DNA from: the human T2T-CHM13v2.0 reference genome, Homo sapiens
Length of the DNA stretch: 64,000 nt
Reading direction: 5' to 3'
NCBI GenBank assembly: GCA_009914755.4
Contig: CP086569.2
Location: 6,976,001-7,040,000 of the forward strand
The notes below the pieces were generated by a model that saw only the letters and a list, made by a program, of their open reading frames with translations, ran no database searches and was not told the origin of the DNA. How positions within the stretch are numbered: the first letter of the stretch is position 1; every line of letters begins with the position of its first letter. Shown here one piece after another: positions 30,346 to 45,140 of this stretch. A program made the translations under genes and the position numbers.

Positions 30346-31189
30346 GACTGGGTTGTGCCCTATTTCCCAAGCTTATTTTATTTTTTAAATTGATACATAA
30401 TAATTGTACATATTCATGGGGTACACAGTGATGCTTTGATACGAAGAATGGAGTAATCAGATCAGAGTAATTAGCATATCCATCATCTCAATCATTTACC
30501 ATTTATTTGTGTTAGGAACATTCAGTATCCTCTTTCTGTCTGTTTGAAACTATACGACATGTTATTGCTAATTATAGTCACCCTACAGGGCTATAGAACA
30601 CTGGAACATATTCATCCTATCTGGTTGTAATTTTATATCCTTTAACAAAGCACTCCCTGTCTCTCATGTCTTCCCTTCCCAGCCTCTAGTATCCTCTGTT
30701 CTTCTTTATCCTTTTAGGAGATGAGCTTTTTTTAAGCTTCCACGTATGAGTAAACAGAAGTGCTGTTTAATGTTCTTTTCCTGGCTTATTTCACCTAACA
30801 TAACATCCTCCAGTTTCATGCATGTTGCTGCCAATCAGAGGATTGTATTCCTTTTCATGGCCGAATAGTATTCTGTGTGTAGATACCACCTTTTCTTTAC
30901 CTGTCTGCTCATCTGTTGATGGGCACCTACGTTGATTCCCTATGTTGGCTGTTGTGAATAGTGCTGTGGTAAACATGGGCATGCCGATGTCTCTCCAGTA
31001 TCATGACTTCCTTTCTTTTGAACAAATACCTAGTAATGTGATGGCTGGGTCATACGCCAGCCATCTATTATACTCCATAATAGATGGGAGTTCTATTTCT
31101 AGTTTTTCGAGGAACCTCCATACTCTTCTTTATGGTGGCTCTACTAGTATACATTCCCATCAACATTGCATAAGAGTTCCCTTTTCTGC

Positions 31190-31519
<330 letters not shown>

Positions 31520-31555
31520 TCACCAGCATTGTTATTTTTGTGTGTATACGTTTTT

Positions 31556-31849
31556 TTTTTTTGTTTTTTGTTTTTGTTTTTGTTTTTTTTTAGACAGAGT
31601 TTCACTCTTGTCACCCAGGCTGGAGTGCAGTGGCACAATCTTGGCTCACTACAATGTCCATCTCCAGGGATTCAAGTGATTCTCTTGCCTCAACCTTCCA
31701 AGTAGCTGGGACTACAGGCGCTGACCACCACACTTGGCTAATTTTTGTATTTTTAGTAGAGACGGGGTTTCACTGTTGGCCAGGCTGATCTCAAATCCTG
31801 ACCTCAGGTGATCCACCCCTTTCAGCCTCCCAAAGTGCTGGGATTACAG
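31556..31849 (-). mobile_element. Alu SINE (antisense, inserted in L1)
   Basis: Alu antisense consensus. Confidence 0.9.
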
Positions 31850-32455
31850 TGTCTTTTTGATAATAGCCATCTTAACTGGGTTGAGATGATTGACACCTCA
31901 TTGAGTTTTTGATTTGCATTTCCCTGATGATTAGTGACGTTGAGCATTTTTTTCATATACATGTTGGCCTTTTCCATGTATTCTTTTGAGAAATGCCTGT
32001 GAAGACCACCTGTCCATTTTTTAATTGGAGTGCTTATCTTTTTGCTGTTGAAACGTTTGAGTTCCATGCTTGGTCATGGTGATGGATTCACCCTGGTAAC
32101 CTTGAGAGAGCATTTCTATCCATTGTTTAGTGCTCAGTTAAGGAATGGGCTGGTGGCCCCTCTGAATAAGATGCCCAAAGGAGTTACCTTCTGCTCAGCA
32201 GATGTCTCTCAAATGGTCTTTATATTCTCTCCAAGGGAGCTTCCCCTGCATCGGACTGTGGCACCCAGTGCCTTGCCTCTTAGAACCATCTGACTATTAC
32301 GTGCTTTCAGATCGTGACAACTTCAATGTGTGGGGAAGAACATGTGAAATAAATTATCTTCTGCCTGTGTGAAGCAGAAATAGCTATCGTTACAAAGCAG
32401 GGATTTTTTTCCATGCTTACTCCCCACTAAAAATACATGTTTGTTTTTCTAACAG

Positions 32456-32551
32456 GTTTCCTCCATTTTTTGATGACAACCCGTTTGGCATTTATCAGAA
32501 AATTCTTGCAGGCAAACTATATTTCCCCAGACATTTGGATTTCCATGTAAA
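32456..32551 (+). CDS. PRKY: Kinase coding exon (96 nt): (G)FPPFFDDNPFGIYQKILAGKLYFPRHLDFHV(K)
   Basis: Acceptor ttctaacag|G at 32454-32455 and donor AA|gtaagtaaa at 32552-32553. The phase is continuous (GG+G gives Gly). It matches PRKX FPPFFDDNPFGIYQKILAGKIDFPRHLDFHVK except ID to LY. Confidence 0.88.
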
Positions 32552-33752
32552 GTAAGTAAACCGTTTGCCTCATCATGAGGTGTGTTTATTTTTAAAGTGT
32601 CTAAAATCACCATGAAAGCACGCACTCAGCAGGATACCATATTGTGTTATTAAATGTGCTGCGCATAAACTATTTTGGACAGTTGTCTTTTCCACAAGAA
32701 AAGAAAAAGATTTTCAGTATTCTACTTTAATGATAGCTTCACATTTTAATGAGTCTTGGCTGTATTGTGTTCTTTTGGTGGTATGTTATATTTAAAATGA
32801 GCCAATTAATGAGTTTGTCATCATATTTTATAAGAGAGCAGTTTTGCAATTTGACAAGAAGGATCCTCCTAATTCTGTGGCTTGCAGAGCTGTTGATGGG
32901 TTTACCAGAGTTTTATCCTTTCTCTCCTGCTTAAATTATGCTCAGCCTCTAAGTCCTTTTTAACATCAGCATTTTCAGTTCTGAGCATGTTGCTTTAAGA
33001 ACATTTATATAGTTGCTAGATATTGGCAACTTTGGATGCACATTTTATTAAGGTTGTGGCAGTAGGGAGAAAAGACATTTTGTTAAATATAAGAATGCTT
33101 TTGGTTTTCTGGCTACCTTACCCAATCTGGTCAACTGGTAGCCATTTTTACTGTAATAAGCACTGATTTCTGTTTGTTTCACTGTATTTTTCAGATGAGT
33201 TGGTGGGCGCACCAGCCCCCTGGGCACAAACTAGAGCTAAATGCATCTAGTTGAGAATTAAACTTTTCTTTTCCATGGCCTATTTTCTTATGAGCTGGTG
33301 GTAGTTCAGTTCAGAGAAGACTTATTTCAGGGTGATGGACCAGGTTGTTTTGAATATGCCCTTGTGGGGCTACTGGCTACGTTGAGTTGAGTTTCTTGGT
33401 GGCGAATGCACCCCATCCTAACCAGAGGTCCTTTGTCTGAACAGAAGATAAGGTCGTGTTTTATTGGCTTGAGCATGTGTTGTGTTTGACACAATAGAGG
33501 CAGGCTTTAAAAGACTTTAGCAAGAAAATGAGGCTCTGCTTAACAATGAGTCACCTAGAAGGGACACCCTGTCCAGTGAATGGTAAGACAGGGAGGTGTC
33601 AGGGGAAACAGCACCTCAGAAGCCAACTGCTCTGGAAGGAAATAGAAAGGATTATATAGAACCTCTCTCTCAGGCTCCAAATCCCATCTGAGTTGAGTGA
33701 CATTATATCAAGTGGATGGCAAAGCACTTTTATGATCGAGTTTGGCCAGGTG

Positions 33753-34035
33753 AGGTGCTTATGCCTGTAATCCCAGCACTTCAGGAGCCTGAGGTAGGAG
33801 GATTTGTTGGGGCCAATAGTTTGAGGTCAGCCTGGACAATGTAGCAACACCCCATGTCTACAAAAAATTAAAAAATTAGCCGGACATGGTAGCAGGTGCC
33901 TGTGGTCCAGCTACTAGAGAGGCTGAGGTGGGAGGACTGCTTGAGCCCAGGAAGTCGAGGCTGCAGTGACCTGTGATTGCACCACTACACTCCAGACTGG
34001 ATAAAACAGTGAAACCCTGTCTCAAAAAAAAAAAT
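33753..34035 (+). mobile_element. Alu SINE
   Basis: Alu sense consensus. Confidence 0.9.
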
Positions 34036-34049
34036 TAAAATTAAAAAAA

Positions 34050-34088
34050 ATGTGTGTGTGTGTGTGTGTGTGTGTATATACATGTATG

Positions 34089-34119
<31 letters not shown>

Positions 34120-34130
34120 ACACACAGAGA
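34050..34130. repeat. Compound microsatellite (GT)n(AT)n(CA)n
   Basis: gtgtgtgtgtgtgtgtgtgtgtgtatatacatgtatgtatatatatacacacacacacacacacaaacacaca. Confidence 0.95.
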
Positions 34131-34484
34131 GGTTTCCAATGTTCTGTGGAAACAACAACAAAAAAGGGAATTACAGAAGTAGAACAAACCAGAAGCGTAA
34201 TCAAAGTCCAGTTTCTTGCCACTTTTCCTTCTTTCTCTCCTAGAGAGTAGGGAACCATCAGTGACCATCTTGGTATTGTCTAATCTAACGTGCCTGTCTT
34301 TATGCAGCTCCCAGCCCCTTCCAGTGTTCCCCACGATGCCCCTGTCTCTTTACATACCCAGTGCGGGTCCACCAAGAGCAGAAACAGTGGTAGTTGAGTA
34401 AAACTTCACTTCTTTCCATTATTTGTTAAATCTTATCAAATTGGCTGAGAAGCAAGGCCTCAATGACTCATATCTTTCCTTTTT

Positions 34485-34600
34485 TTGGTAGAGATGGGTA
34501 TGGGGGAGTCTTGTTGCATTACCCAGGCTGATCTTGAACTCCTTGGCTCAAGTGATCCTCCTGCCTTTTCCTCCCCAAGTGTGAGCCACTGCACCTGGCC
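34485..34600 (-). mobile_element. Partial Alu (antisense)
   Basis: Alu antisense motifs. Confidence 0.7.
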
Positions 34601-35112
34601 TTAGTGACACATTTCTTATGCAAATTGCTGTCCCTGGTTGTCTGTGATGCTAGAATTTTGATTCTCAGCTTTTAAAGTCATGCTGATTCCTGCAGCTTTT
34701 AACATTTGACTGGGTAAACATATTGCCTGGGCATATGGCACGTCAGAATTGACATTCCTTATAGAAATAAATGTCATTTAAAAGAAAGAAAAACACCAAA
34801 ACAAAGCTTTAGGACTTGTTGCCAATTCAGCAGAAGTTTTATCTGCCAGTGTTTTTTTCATGCCTGAAAGTATCTGGATCTGAGAGGAGCCAGCTGTTGC
34901 CAGGATCATAAATAAAGTTTAGAATTTTGGCTGTGGTGAATCAAAAGAGTGCCAGCAGATATATTGCTATCCTGAGGTCAAGGGACCCATCTACAGCTGT
35001 GGACACTTCTATTGTTCCTTTATAGGGCTTTGCCTTTTTGGGGGGCCCCTTCTCATCCACAGTGTTTGCTTTCTAAACTTCTTTACAAGAATTTGCTTTG
35101 GTATTTTACTTT

Positions 35113-35400
35113 TTCTTTTAAAGAGACGGGTGTCTTGCTCTGTCACCCAGGCTGGAGTGCAGTGGCACAATCATAGCTCACTTCTGCCCCAATGTCCTGG
35201 GCTCAAATGATGCTCCCACCTCAGCCTCCTGAGTAGCTGGTGCTACAGGCACACACCACCATGCCTCACTAATGTTTTGATTTTTTGTAGAGATGGGGGG
35301 TCTTACTATGTTACCCACACTAGTCTCAAACTCTTGGTCTCAACTGATCTTGCCACTTTAGCCTCCTGCATAGCTGGGATTACAAGCCACTGTGCCCTGT
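35113..35400 (-). mobile_element. Alu SINE (antisense)
   Basis: Alu antisense consensus. Confidence 0.9.
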
Positions 35401-35439
35401 ATTTTAAATAAATCTTCATTTTCTTAGATGCCAAACACC

Positions 35440-35545
35440 AAAAGAAAAACAAAAAACAAAAAACAAGGTCATCTTCTTACATGCCAGACACCAAAAACAA
35501 AACAAAACAAACAACAACAACAACAGCAACAACAAAATGAAGTTT
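35440..35545. repeat. (CAAAA)n/(AACAA)n simple repeat
   Basis: aaaaacaaaaaacaaaaaacaa...aacaaaacaaaacaaacaacaacaacaacagcaacaacaaaa. Confidence 0.9.
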
Positions 35546-36496
35546 ATTAAGGTGATCCCCAAAACATCCTGAAATAAACATGGGGCTTTTCTTCCCCTAT
35601 AATTTACACATCACTGCCTGCCCCATTAGCACACATACTTAAAAGCTGATTGGATTGGAATTATAAGGAAACAAGTTTATTTAAAATATAAAAGCATAAA
35701 GAAATCTGTCTTATAATCCCACTCCAGTCAGCTTTAAGTTTAGTGTGTGCACTAACGGGGCAGACAGTGGTGTAAATTTTATGGGGGAAAAAAAGCCCCA
35801 TATTTATTTGGGACTGTTTTGGGGGTATAGTGTTTGATGACCTTGATATTTTTTGGCAAGGGGCAGCATGTCAAAATAATGAAGGAGAAACTCGGTAAGT
35901 ACTGTAAAGGTTTCTAACTTTTCAGTGATGTTTATATTCCCCACCCTGCTCAAAGCTTTTCAGCCTTACAATGGTTACAAAATCCCAGCCATAGCGGGAG
36001 GGAGACAGATGGTCTCTGAGTTTTACTTTGAGACAGAGAAGCAGTGAAGTGTGACAAGCATCTCATCGTAATTCAGAAAGCACGGCAGCAGGAAACTCTG
36101 GTTAAATTTCCAATCAGATGGGACTGGTGAGATTCACAGTCTAGATGGTGGAGTCTGACCCTGGGACATCACCTGGCTTGCAGAGACTCCACAGTCTGTC
36201 ACAGAACCCAGGAGTGGCCCAGTCCAAGTTCATGCTACTTACCCTGGGGCATAGTTTATGCCGGGAGAGCCTAGATGCTAACACCGCAGTCATAGGTATT
36301 GGATTGTTTTGGGGGACTTCAATATATTACATTATTATATCATATTATGTACATTATTATACATAATATACTCTGTGTATTATATGTGTACACACAGACA
36401 CACATGATCATTTCTAATTCCATAAATATGCATCTTAGAACTCACCTAATCTCCTGGAAGTCTTCAACATCATCTCCAACTACCCATCCTAATTGA

Positions 36497-36795
<299 letters not shown>

Positions 36796-36839
36796 TCTCC
36801 CCTCCCCTCAAGCAAGGTTAATAGAGCAATAACAATGTA

Positions 36840-37440
36840 TAAGTTATTACTCATTATTTTGTTTACTTATTTATTTTATTTTTTAAACAGTTTTACGGAG
36901 AGTGAATTCACACGCCATGCCATTTACCCATCTAAAATGTGCAATTTGGTGGCTTTTAGTATACACACAATTTGTACAGCCACCCCCGTGGTTAATCTTA
37001 GAACGTCTTCATCAGCTCAAAAAAAGAAACCCTGCACCCTTCAGCTATCACTGTTCTAATCTTTCCTCCTCTCTTGCCCTAAGCCAGTGGTCCCCAACCT
37101 TTTTGGCACCAGGGACTAGTTTCGTGGAAGACAGTTTTTCCACGGAGCATGCAGCCTAGATCCCTTACATGTGCAGTTGACAGTAGGGTGTGTGCACCTA
37201 TGTGAATCTAATATGGCTGATCTGACAGGAAGTGCAACTCAGGTGGTAATGCAAATGATGGGGTGTGGCTGTAAATACAGATGATGCTTCACTCATTTAC
37301 CTGCTGCTCACCTCCTGCTGTGCGGCCCATTTTGGTTCCTAACAGGCCATGGACTGCTACTGGTCCATGGCCCTGGGGTTGGGGACCCCTACCCTAAGCA
37401 ACCACTAATCTACTGACTTCTCTGTACAGTTCTATATTCT
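36840..37440. repeat. Ancient interspersed repeat (family not determined)
   Basis: cagtggtccccaacctttttggcaccagggactagtttcgtggaagacagtttttccacgga...cctcctgctgtgcggcccattttggttcctaacaggccatggactgctactggtccatggccctggggttggggacccct is a widespread primate repeat I recognise but cannot name confidently. Confidence 0.5.
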
Positions 37441-37444
37441 GGGC

Positions 37445-37700
37445 TCTGCTAAAAATGGAATTGTACAAAATATAATGTTTTGTGTCTGGCCTGTTTCACT
37501 GAGCATGATGTTTTCAAGTTTCATCCATGCTGTAGCCTGTGTCAGAGCTTCCTTCCTTTTCATGGCTGTATAGTATTCTATTTGTGTAGGTGGACCTCAT
37601 TTTATTTATCCATTCATCCATGGATGGACGCCTGGGCTGTTTCCACCTTTGGCTTTTGTCAGTAGTTCTGCCATGGACATGGGTGTATATATTTTTATGT
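37445..37700 (+). mobile_element. LINE-1 fragment (sense)
   Basis: cttccttttcatggctgtatagtattctatttgtgtaggtggacctcattttatttatccattcatccatggatggacgcctgggctgtttccacc matches L1 consensus as recalled. Confidence 0.55.
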
Positions 37701-38089
37701 ATGTAAGCAATGATTTTAGAAGTTATACATCAGGTATGATTTCTACAAACTTTTTATATGGAGGCAAATACATAATTGACAAACAGACTGTTCCATAAAT
37801 AGTATCATACTTTATATGCATGTTTTGGCATTCCTGGATTTGATAGAATTCATGGACGTTTTGTAGGCTGTTTCTAGCTCTGGACAACATTGGAGGGACT
37901 TATACATGGAGGGTCTTCCATATTCATCTTGACCCTGTAAATTCCATTTTGGAGAGACACAGTACACCAGGGTGTGAGGGTTGAACCACTTGGCTCTCTT
38001 GGGTTCATGTTGCATCCTCTGTGTGGTTTGGGAGTCTCCAGTGACTGCCATAACAACTGACCACAAACAAGGGGCTTAAACAACAGGAA

Positions 38090-38790
38090 TTGATGCTCTC
38101 CCAGTCCCAGTCGTGGAAGCCAGGACTCTGAGATCAGATGTCTCAGGCCTCCAGAGGCTCTAGGGGAGGATCTTTTCTGCCTCTCCCAGCTCCTAGGGGC
38201 TCCAAGCATCCCTGGGCTTGTGGACACATCGCTCTAGTCTCTGCCTCCGCCTCCATGTAGTCTTCTCCTCTGGGTCTGTGTCTTCTGTTCTCTCTTTCAG
38301 AAGTACACCTGTCATTGGGTTTAGGGCCACCCTAATGCAGGATTATCTCATCTTAAGAGCCTTCCCTTAATTACATTTACAAAGACCCTATTTGCATGTA
38401 GGGTTCCATTGCCGGGTATTGGGAGTCAGGACATCGGCATATATTTTGGGGGCCACTGCCCAGTGTGTAATAATTGTTTCCACTTCCTGCTAGAGGCTCT
38501 AGGGGGGGATCCTTCCTGCCTCTCCCAGCTCCTGGGGGCTCCAGGCATCCCTGGGCTTGTGGCCACACCACTGCAGTCTCCACCTCCATTTTCACATGGC
38601 CTTCTCCTCTATGTTTGTGTCTCCTCCTCTGTCTCTTATGAGGACACCTGTCACTGGATTTAGGGCCCACCCTTCTCCAGGATGATGTCATCTCAAGAAC
38701 CTTAATTTAGTTACATCTGCAAAGACCCTATTTCCAAATAAAGTGATATTCACAGGCACTGGGGGATAGGATGTGCACATATCTTTTTGA
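38090..38790. repeat. Two tandem copies of the same ancient interspersed repeat family seen at 27420-27770
   Basis: ctcccagctcctaggggctccaagcatccctgggcttgtgg...caaagaccctatttgcatgtagggttccattgc and again ctcccagctcctgggggctccaggcatccctgggcttgtggccacaccactgcagtctccacctcc...tctgcaaagaccctatttccaaataaagtgatattcacaggcactggggg. Confidence 0.6.
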
Positions 38791-39394
38791 GGGACATTGT
38801 TTACCGTATAACAGTAGTCAAGCCTCTGTCCTTTACATTATTTGCAGACAGCAACCGATACCTTCAGGTCTCCAAGGAGCCTGTCCAGCCAGGTTGCACG
38901 TTGTGGACTCATCTGTGCCACGGCTCTACATAAGATTGGACGGGTCCTGTTTTAATGCCATAGCCATTTAGAAAAGAGCTGGGTCTCTTGCTGGGACTGC
39001 AGGGAATCACAGATGACCCATATCTAGAATATGCTGGGAGTGGTGTAGTGACCATCATAGGTACCCTCCAAGGGGAAAGAACAAGTTTCCTCATCAAAGG
39101 AATTGGGGAAGAGCTCACAAACTCTCAAGCTAGGTCTTAAAGTCTAGTTAAATCTTCCTGATAGGGAGATAAACTGAAAAAGACTTAAGAAAACACTGAC
39201 TTTATTTTATTTTATTTTTGTAAAATTAACAAATAAAAATGGTTTTATTTATCATGTACAACATGAAGTTTTGAAATATGTACCCATTGAACAATGGGTC
39301 CATTGAGTTCATTAACATATGCATTACCTCACATAATTACCATTTATTTGTGGTGAGAAAACTTAAGATCTAATCTACCCTTTGAAAAAATTTG

Positions 39395-39517
39395 TTTTTA
39401 AGAGATGGGGTCTCAATGTGTTGCCCAGGCTGGTCTCAACTTCTGGGCTCAAGTGATCTGCCCGCCTCAGCCTCACAAAGTGCTAGGATTACAGGCAAGA
39501 GCCACTGCACCCAGCAA
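39395..39517 (-). mobile_element. Partial Alu (antisense)
   Basis: Alu antisense motifs. Confidence 0.7.
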
Positions 39518-39689
39518 GATCTACTCTTCCAGAGATTCTTGAGAATACATCATTAGTTATAGTCACCGAGCTGTGCAAGCCACTGACTGAACTTGTTCCT
39601 CCTGTCTCTCTCACTTTGTCTCTTTTGACCAATGACTTCCCATCTCAGCCCCTTCCCAGCCCCTGGTATCCACCATTCTACTCTCTGCT

Positions 39690-40300
39690 TCTATGAGTTC
39701 AACTTTTTTAGATTTCCCATGTAAGTGAGGTCAGACTGTGTTTGTCTATCTGTGCCTGGCTTATTTCTCTCTCTCTTTTTTTGTGTGTGTGAGACAATCG
39801 TGCTCTATTGCCCAGGCTGGAGTACAGTGGTGCCATCTCCGCTCACTGCAACCTCAAAAGTTTCTCCTTCATCAACCTCCCGAGTAGCTGGGATTGCACC
39901 ACACCTGGCTAATTTTTGTATTTTTGGGTACGGATGGGGTTTCACCATGATGGCCAGGCTGGTCATGAACTCGTGACCTCAAGTGATCTATCTGTGTCAG
40001 CCTCCCAAAGTGTTGGGATTACAGGTTTGAGTTACCATGCCTGGACCTTATTTCTCTTAATATACTATCCTCCAGGTTGATGCATGTTTTGAAAATGACA
40101 TTTCCCTCCTTTTACTTGCTGAATAGTACTCCATGGTATATATATCACACATTTTCTTTATCCACTGCCCTCTTGATGGGCATGTAGCTTGATTCTACAT
40201 CTTGGCTGTTTTGACCTGCTGCAATGAGCAGAGGGTGCAAATTATATACTCATTTGTTTTTTCTTTGGGTGTATGCCCAGTAGTGGGATTGCTGGAGCCT
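39690..40300 (+). mobile_element. LINE-1 fragment (sense) with an Alu insertion
   Basis: ccatgtaagtgaggtcagactgtgtttgtctatctgtgcctggcttatttctc ... tgctgaatagtactccatggtatatatatcacacattttctttatccac...gggtgtatgcccagtagtgggattgctgg. Confidence 0.6.
39775..40047 (-). mobile_element. Alu SINE (antisense, inside L1)
   Basis: Alu antisense consensus. Confidence 0.9.
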
Positions 40301-40939
40301 ACATTCTATTTTTAGGTTCTCAGGGAAGAAACTGTCTGATTAAAATGGAGTTATGTTCGTGGGTAGCCCCTGGTCTATGGGTGCCCTGGAGAGGAACACT
40401 TACTCTTTTTCCTGCTGTGACCACCTCTCCACTCTCAGCTGCACCACCATCCTCAGCCTGAGTGTATCACTGCGTTCTCAGGCAGTTCTCATAGCTGCCT
40501 GTGGCACTGCCCCCCATGCCCCTGACTTTCCCCATCAATCCCTCCTCTTCACCAGGAAGAAGGGTTTGTCATTCATAGCCTGGAGCCCCAGGGCCTTACC
40601 TTGGTGCTCAGAACCTTCCAGTTTCCTCTCATCCCGTGCTTCTCGTCTGATGATTCCCTGGTCTTCCCCGTGAACCCTCATGCAGCCAGGATGGATGAGC
40701 CACCTGCTCCTGCACCTGTCACCATCGCACTTTGCTGTTCTTCTCTCTTTGCTTGGCACCTCTTCATTCGGGGGTCTTTCCTTCTTCTGGAACCACATCC
40801 ATTCTGTTGAACTCCTTCATCCTCTGTGGACACTGCTGTGCCCTTCACGCTTGGAAAATCCCCAGCACATGGGTTCCTTTTTTTCTTATTAGCTGGCCTT
40901 ATACACACACATGCATTGGCACACACATGCATTGGCACA

Positions 40940-41290
40940 CACAGTTTATATAATATAAAATATATAAAGATTTATGTACAAATTTATATAATATAAAGGG
41001 TATCTATATACACACATTGCATTTTTATACACTTCATATACAAACCAGCATACAAAAAGGTCAAAGGAATATAGATTTATCTGTACATTATATAAATAGA
41101 TAATTGTGCATTATGTAGATTTATCTATAATTTATATATTTATATATTGATATTTATATATCTGTAAATATATAGTGTACATACTTAGAAATATGTAAAT
41201 ATATTTATATTTAGAAATATAAATAATATATAATATAATACATATATAAGTATAAATATATAGATATATAATATAGGTATATAGATATAG
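40940..41290. repeat. AT-rich (TATA/TAAATA)n low-complexity region
   Basis: atataaatatatttatatttagaaatataaataatatataatataata... Confidence 0.85.
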
Positions 41291-41298
41291 AGTGTGAT

Positions 41299-41651
<353 letters not shown>

Positions 41652-41826
41652 CTATTAGGTGCTGCAGATAACGTATGTGTTAGACTGTTACATGGCTGGC
41701 AGTGCAACAGGAGGGATGCTCTGTCCTGTGGTTACAATGGCCATGATGTCACTAGGGGATAGGAGTTTTTAAGATCATTATAATCTTATGGGAGCACCAC
41801 TGTATATGACATTCATTGTTGACTGA

Positions 41827-42170
<344 letters not shown>

Positions 42171-42179
42171 CACACACTT

Positions 42180-42600
42180 TATATCATACACACACAGACA
42201 CACACACACTAATCTGGATACTTATGTGTATTTAAAAGTATGTGTACATATAAATATATGTGTGTATAAATGTGTGTATGTGTATACGTACGTGTATATA
42301 TATGTATGTGTATATATTGTGTGTATGTATATAAGTATGTGTGTATATAAATATATATTAACGTATATGCATATAAGTATGTGTATATATAAATGTATGT
42401 GTGTATATTAACGTGTGTATGCATATAAGTATTTGTATATATAAATATGTGTATATATTAACGTGTGTATGCGTATAAGTATGTGTATATATACATATAT
42501 ATGTATATATTAATGTGTGTATGTATATAAGTATGTGTATATATAAATATATATGTGTGTATATAAATATATGTGTTTATTTATTACTATGTATGCATGT
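42180..42600. repeat. (TATG)n/(TGTA)n-like complex simple repeat with embedded short tandem duplications
   Basis: gtgtatataaatatgtgtgtatattaacgtgtgtatgcatataagtat... The ORFs 42064..42411 and 42209..42424 are its translations. Confidence 0.85.
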
Positions 42601-43678
42601 GAGTATACCCAGACACACACATCCTTTAGTATCCAAATTAGAATTTTATCTGATGGATAAAATTTGTTTTATTTTATTCTCTTATTTTATTCACAGCACT
42701 CTTATTTATTCTTATTCACAACATTGCTGAAGGTAAAACTCAACAGCTATTGTTTGTTGCCTGACTTAGCTATAGATCAAAAATACCTGTTTTGCAATAA
42801 GAAAAGAAAAAATTGTCAAAACAACTGGATGGGAAAACAATAGAAAAAATTCACATTTTTTCCTTTTGAAGATATGGTCGTGGACGTAGTCCTCTTTAAG
42901 GATAAGAAATTTAAAACTACAGAAATGCTAACTGATAGACGTGTTAAATTCAGACGTACTGGCTTCTGTTTCATGGAACCTATGTTTATTTCTTCTGCTG
43001 TCCCACATTTAATTGATAACAACATCACTACAAGTATAAGAAAAGGAAGCAGAGTGAGGTTTACGGATGAGCACTTGGGAGGGATTTCAGAGGTCGTGAT
43101 GGCCACAGTGTGAGCCAGCGATGCCTGGTGCTACCCTTGAGCATGAAGCAGGCCGACTTGAACACACCTTGTTAATTGCCAGGCCGTGCAATGTCGTTCC
43201 TAAGGTCTCTTAAACTGGACATCCTTGGTTTGAGTTCCCAGTCTTGTTATTTACTTGCTGGGTCCTACGGAGCAAATTAACATCATTCCTTGAACCCTAG
43301 TTTCTATGTCTGTAAAATACTGAGTAAGTTTGCCAAGACGAAAACAGGAGACAAACTGAGAAATTACTGGCTGTTCAATTTTATGTCGAGAGATGGAATC
43401 GTATTTACCTTTTTCGTCTTTGGTCCGGAATGCAAATGCATTGCACAGGAGCAGAATGACTGGATTTGTTTCTGCGACAAAAAAGGGCAAACAAAACACT
43501 AACAGCTTTGCTTGCAGGTTTTCCTGGCAGCTCACCCTCCAGGCACAGTTCTCCAAAATGCAGCAAACTTGGTCTGTTTGTTTCAATACTAAAATAATGT
43601 AGAGATTATTTGGGGTATTTTTCTTTCCTGCCCTGTCAAAATTCTGTACACTGACGACACGTGTTGTTTCTTTTGAAG

Positions 43679-43756
43679 AACGGGGCGAATGATGTGAAAC
43701 ACCATCGGTGGTTCCGCTCCGTGGACTGGAAAGCTGTTCCGCAGAGAAAACTGAAG
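43679..43756 (+). CDS. PRKY: Kinase coding exon (78 nt), read in the ancestral frame: NGANDVKHHRWFRSVDWKAVPQRKLK. If spliced directly to the preceding exon at 32551 it is read out of frame and terminates at TGA 43695-43697
   Basis: Acceptor tttcttttgaag|AAC at 43677-43678 and donor CTGAAG|gtacaac at 43757-43758. It matches PRKX NGANDVKHHRWFRSVDWEAVPQRKLK with E to K. Confidence 0.85.
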
Positions 43757-43939
43757 GTACAACATGTATCAGTGGGTGACTCAGTATGCCCGAGCTCTCT
43801 TATGAACAGGGACTGCCTCTGAATCCTGGGACTTCTTTATTGATGACTGAGACGTAATTAATTTATGTAACACAACTCTTTGTCTAAAACCATTCATAAG
43901 CCAAGTTACCCACTCTATGAGTGTCTTAGTGCTAATTAG

Positions 43940-44113
43940 CTCCCACAAAGGGGTGAGGACATGTAATGTTTGTCTTTCCGTGTCTGGCTTATTTTACTTA
44001 ACAGATGGATCTCAGTTCCATCCATGTTGCTGCAAATAACAAGATTTCATTATTTTTTTTTTATAGCCTAGTAGTATTCTACCATGTCTGTATACCACAT
44101 TTTTTCTTTCTTG

Positions 44114-44146
<33 letters not shown>

Positions 44147-44300
44147 ATTGGGTTCTCACTATGTTGCCCAGGCTGATCAGAACTCCTGGTCTCAGGTGAT
44201 TCTCCCACCTCGGCCTCCCAAAGTGCAGGGATGACAGGCAGGAGCCACCACACCCAGTCATATATCATATGTTCTTTGTCCATTCATCCATGGATGGACA
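43940..44300 (+). mobile_element. LINE-1 fragment (sense) with a partial Alu
   Basis: gtctttccgtgtctggcttattttacttaacagatggatctcagttccatccatgttgctgcaaataacaagatttcatt...tagtagtattctaccatgtctgtataccacatttt. Confidence 0.55.
44113..44257 (-). mobile_element. Partial Alu (antisense)
   Basis: Poly-T(35) head plus Alu antisense motifs. Confidence 0.75.
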
Positions 44301-44513
44301 CTCGTCCCAGATTTTGAAGCAGATTTTAGAAGACCTGGCCCGATTCCTGACTAGCTCTGTGACTAGTGAATCCCACTCCGTCCTCTAGTGGAAAGTGGTA
44401 AGCAGGATTACAGAGATAAGCAAGTGTCTAGCACCATGGTCATTGTTCAGTGATGGTGGTGTTACATGGAGAATATTCTTTGGAACATTTCTGGCCAAAC
44501 TGCACATCTGGCT

Positions 44514-45140
<627 letters not shown>

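Noticed and set aside
32841-32900. gacaagaaggatcctcct... stretch considered as a relic of ..IKKLL..
   Set aside because: Similarity is limited to an AAGAAG hexamer, with no flanking splice signals.
42873-42905. MVVDVV peptide after a ttttgaag acceptor-like site, considered as a remnant of the missing ..LVVDRT.. exon
   Set aside because: Only a 3-residue identity, the downstream sequence is unrelated, and no donor follows, so it is indistinguishable from chance.
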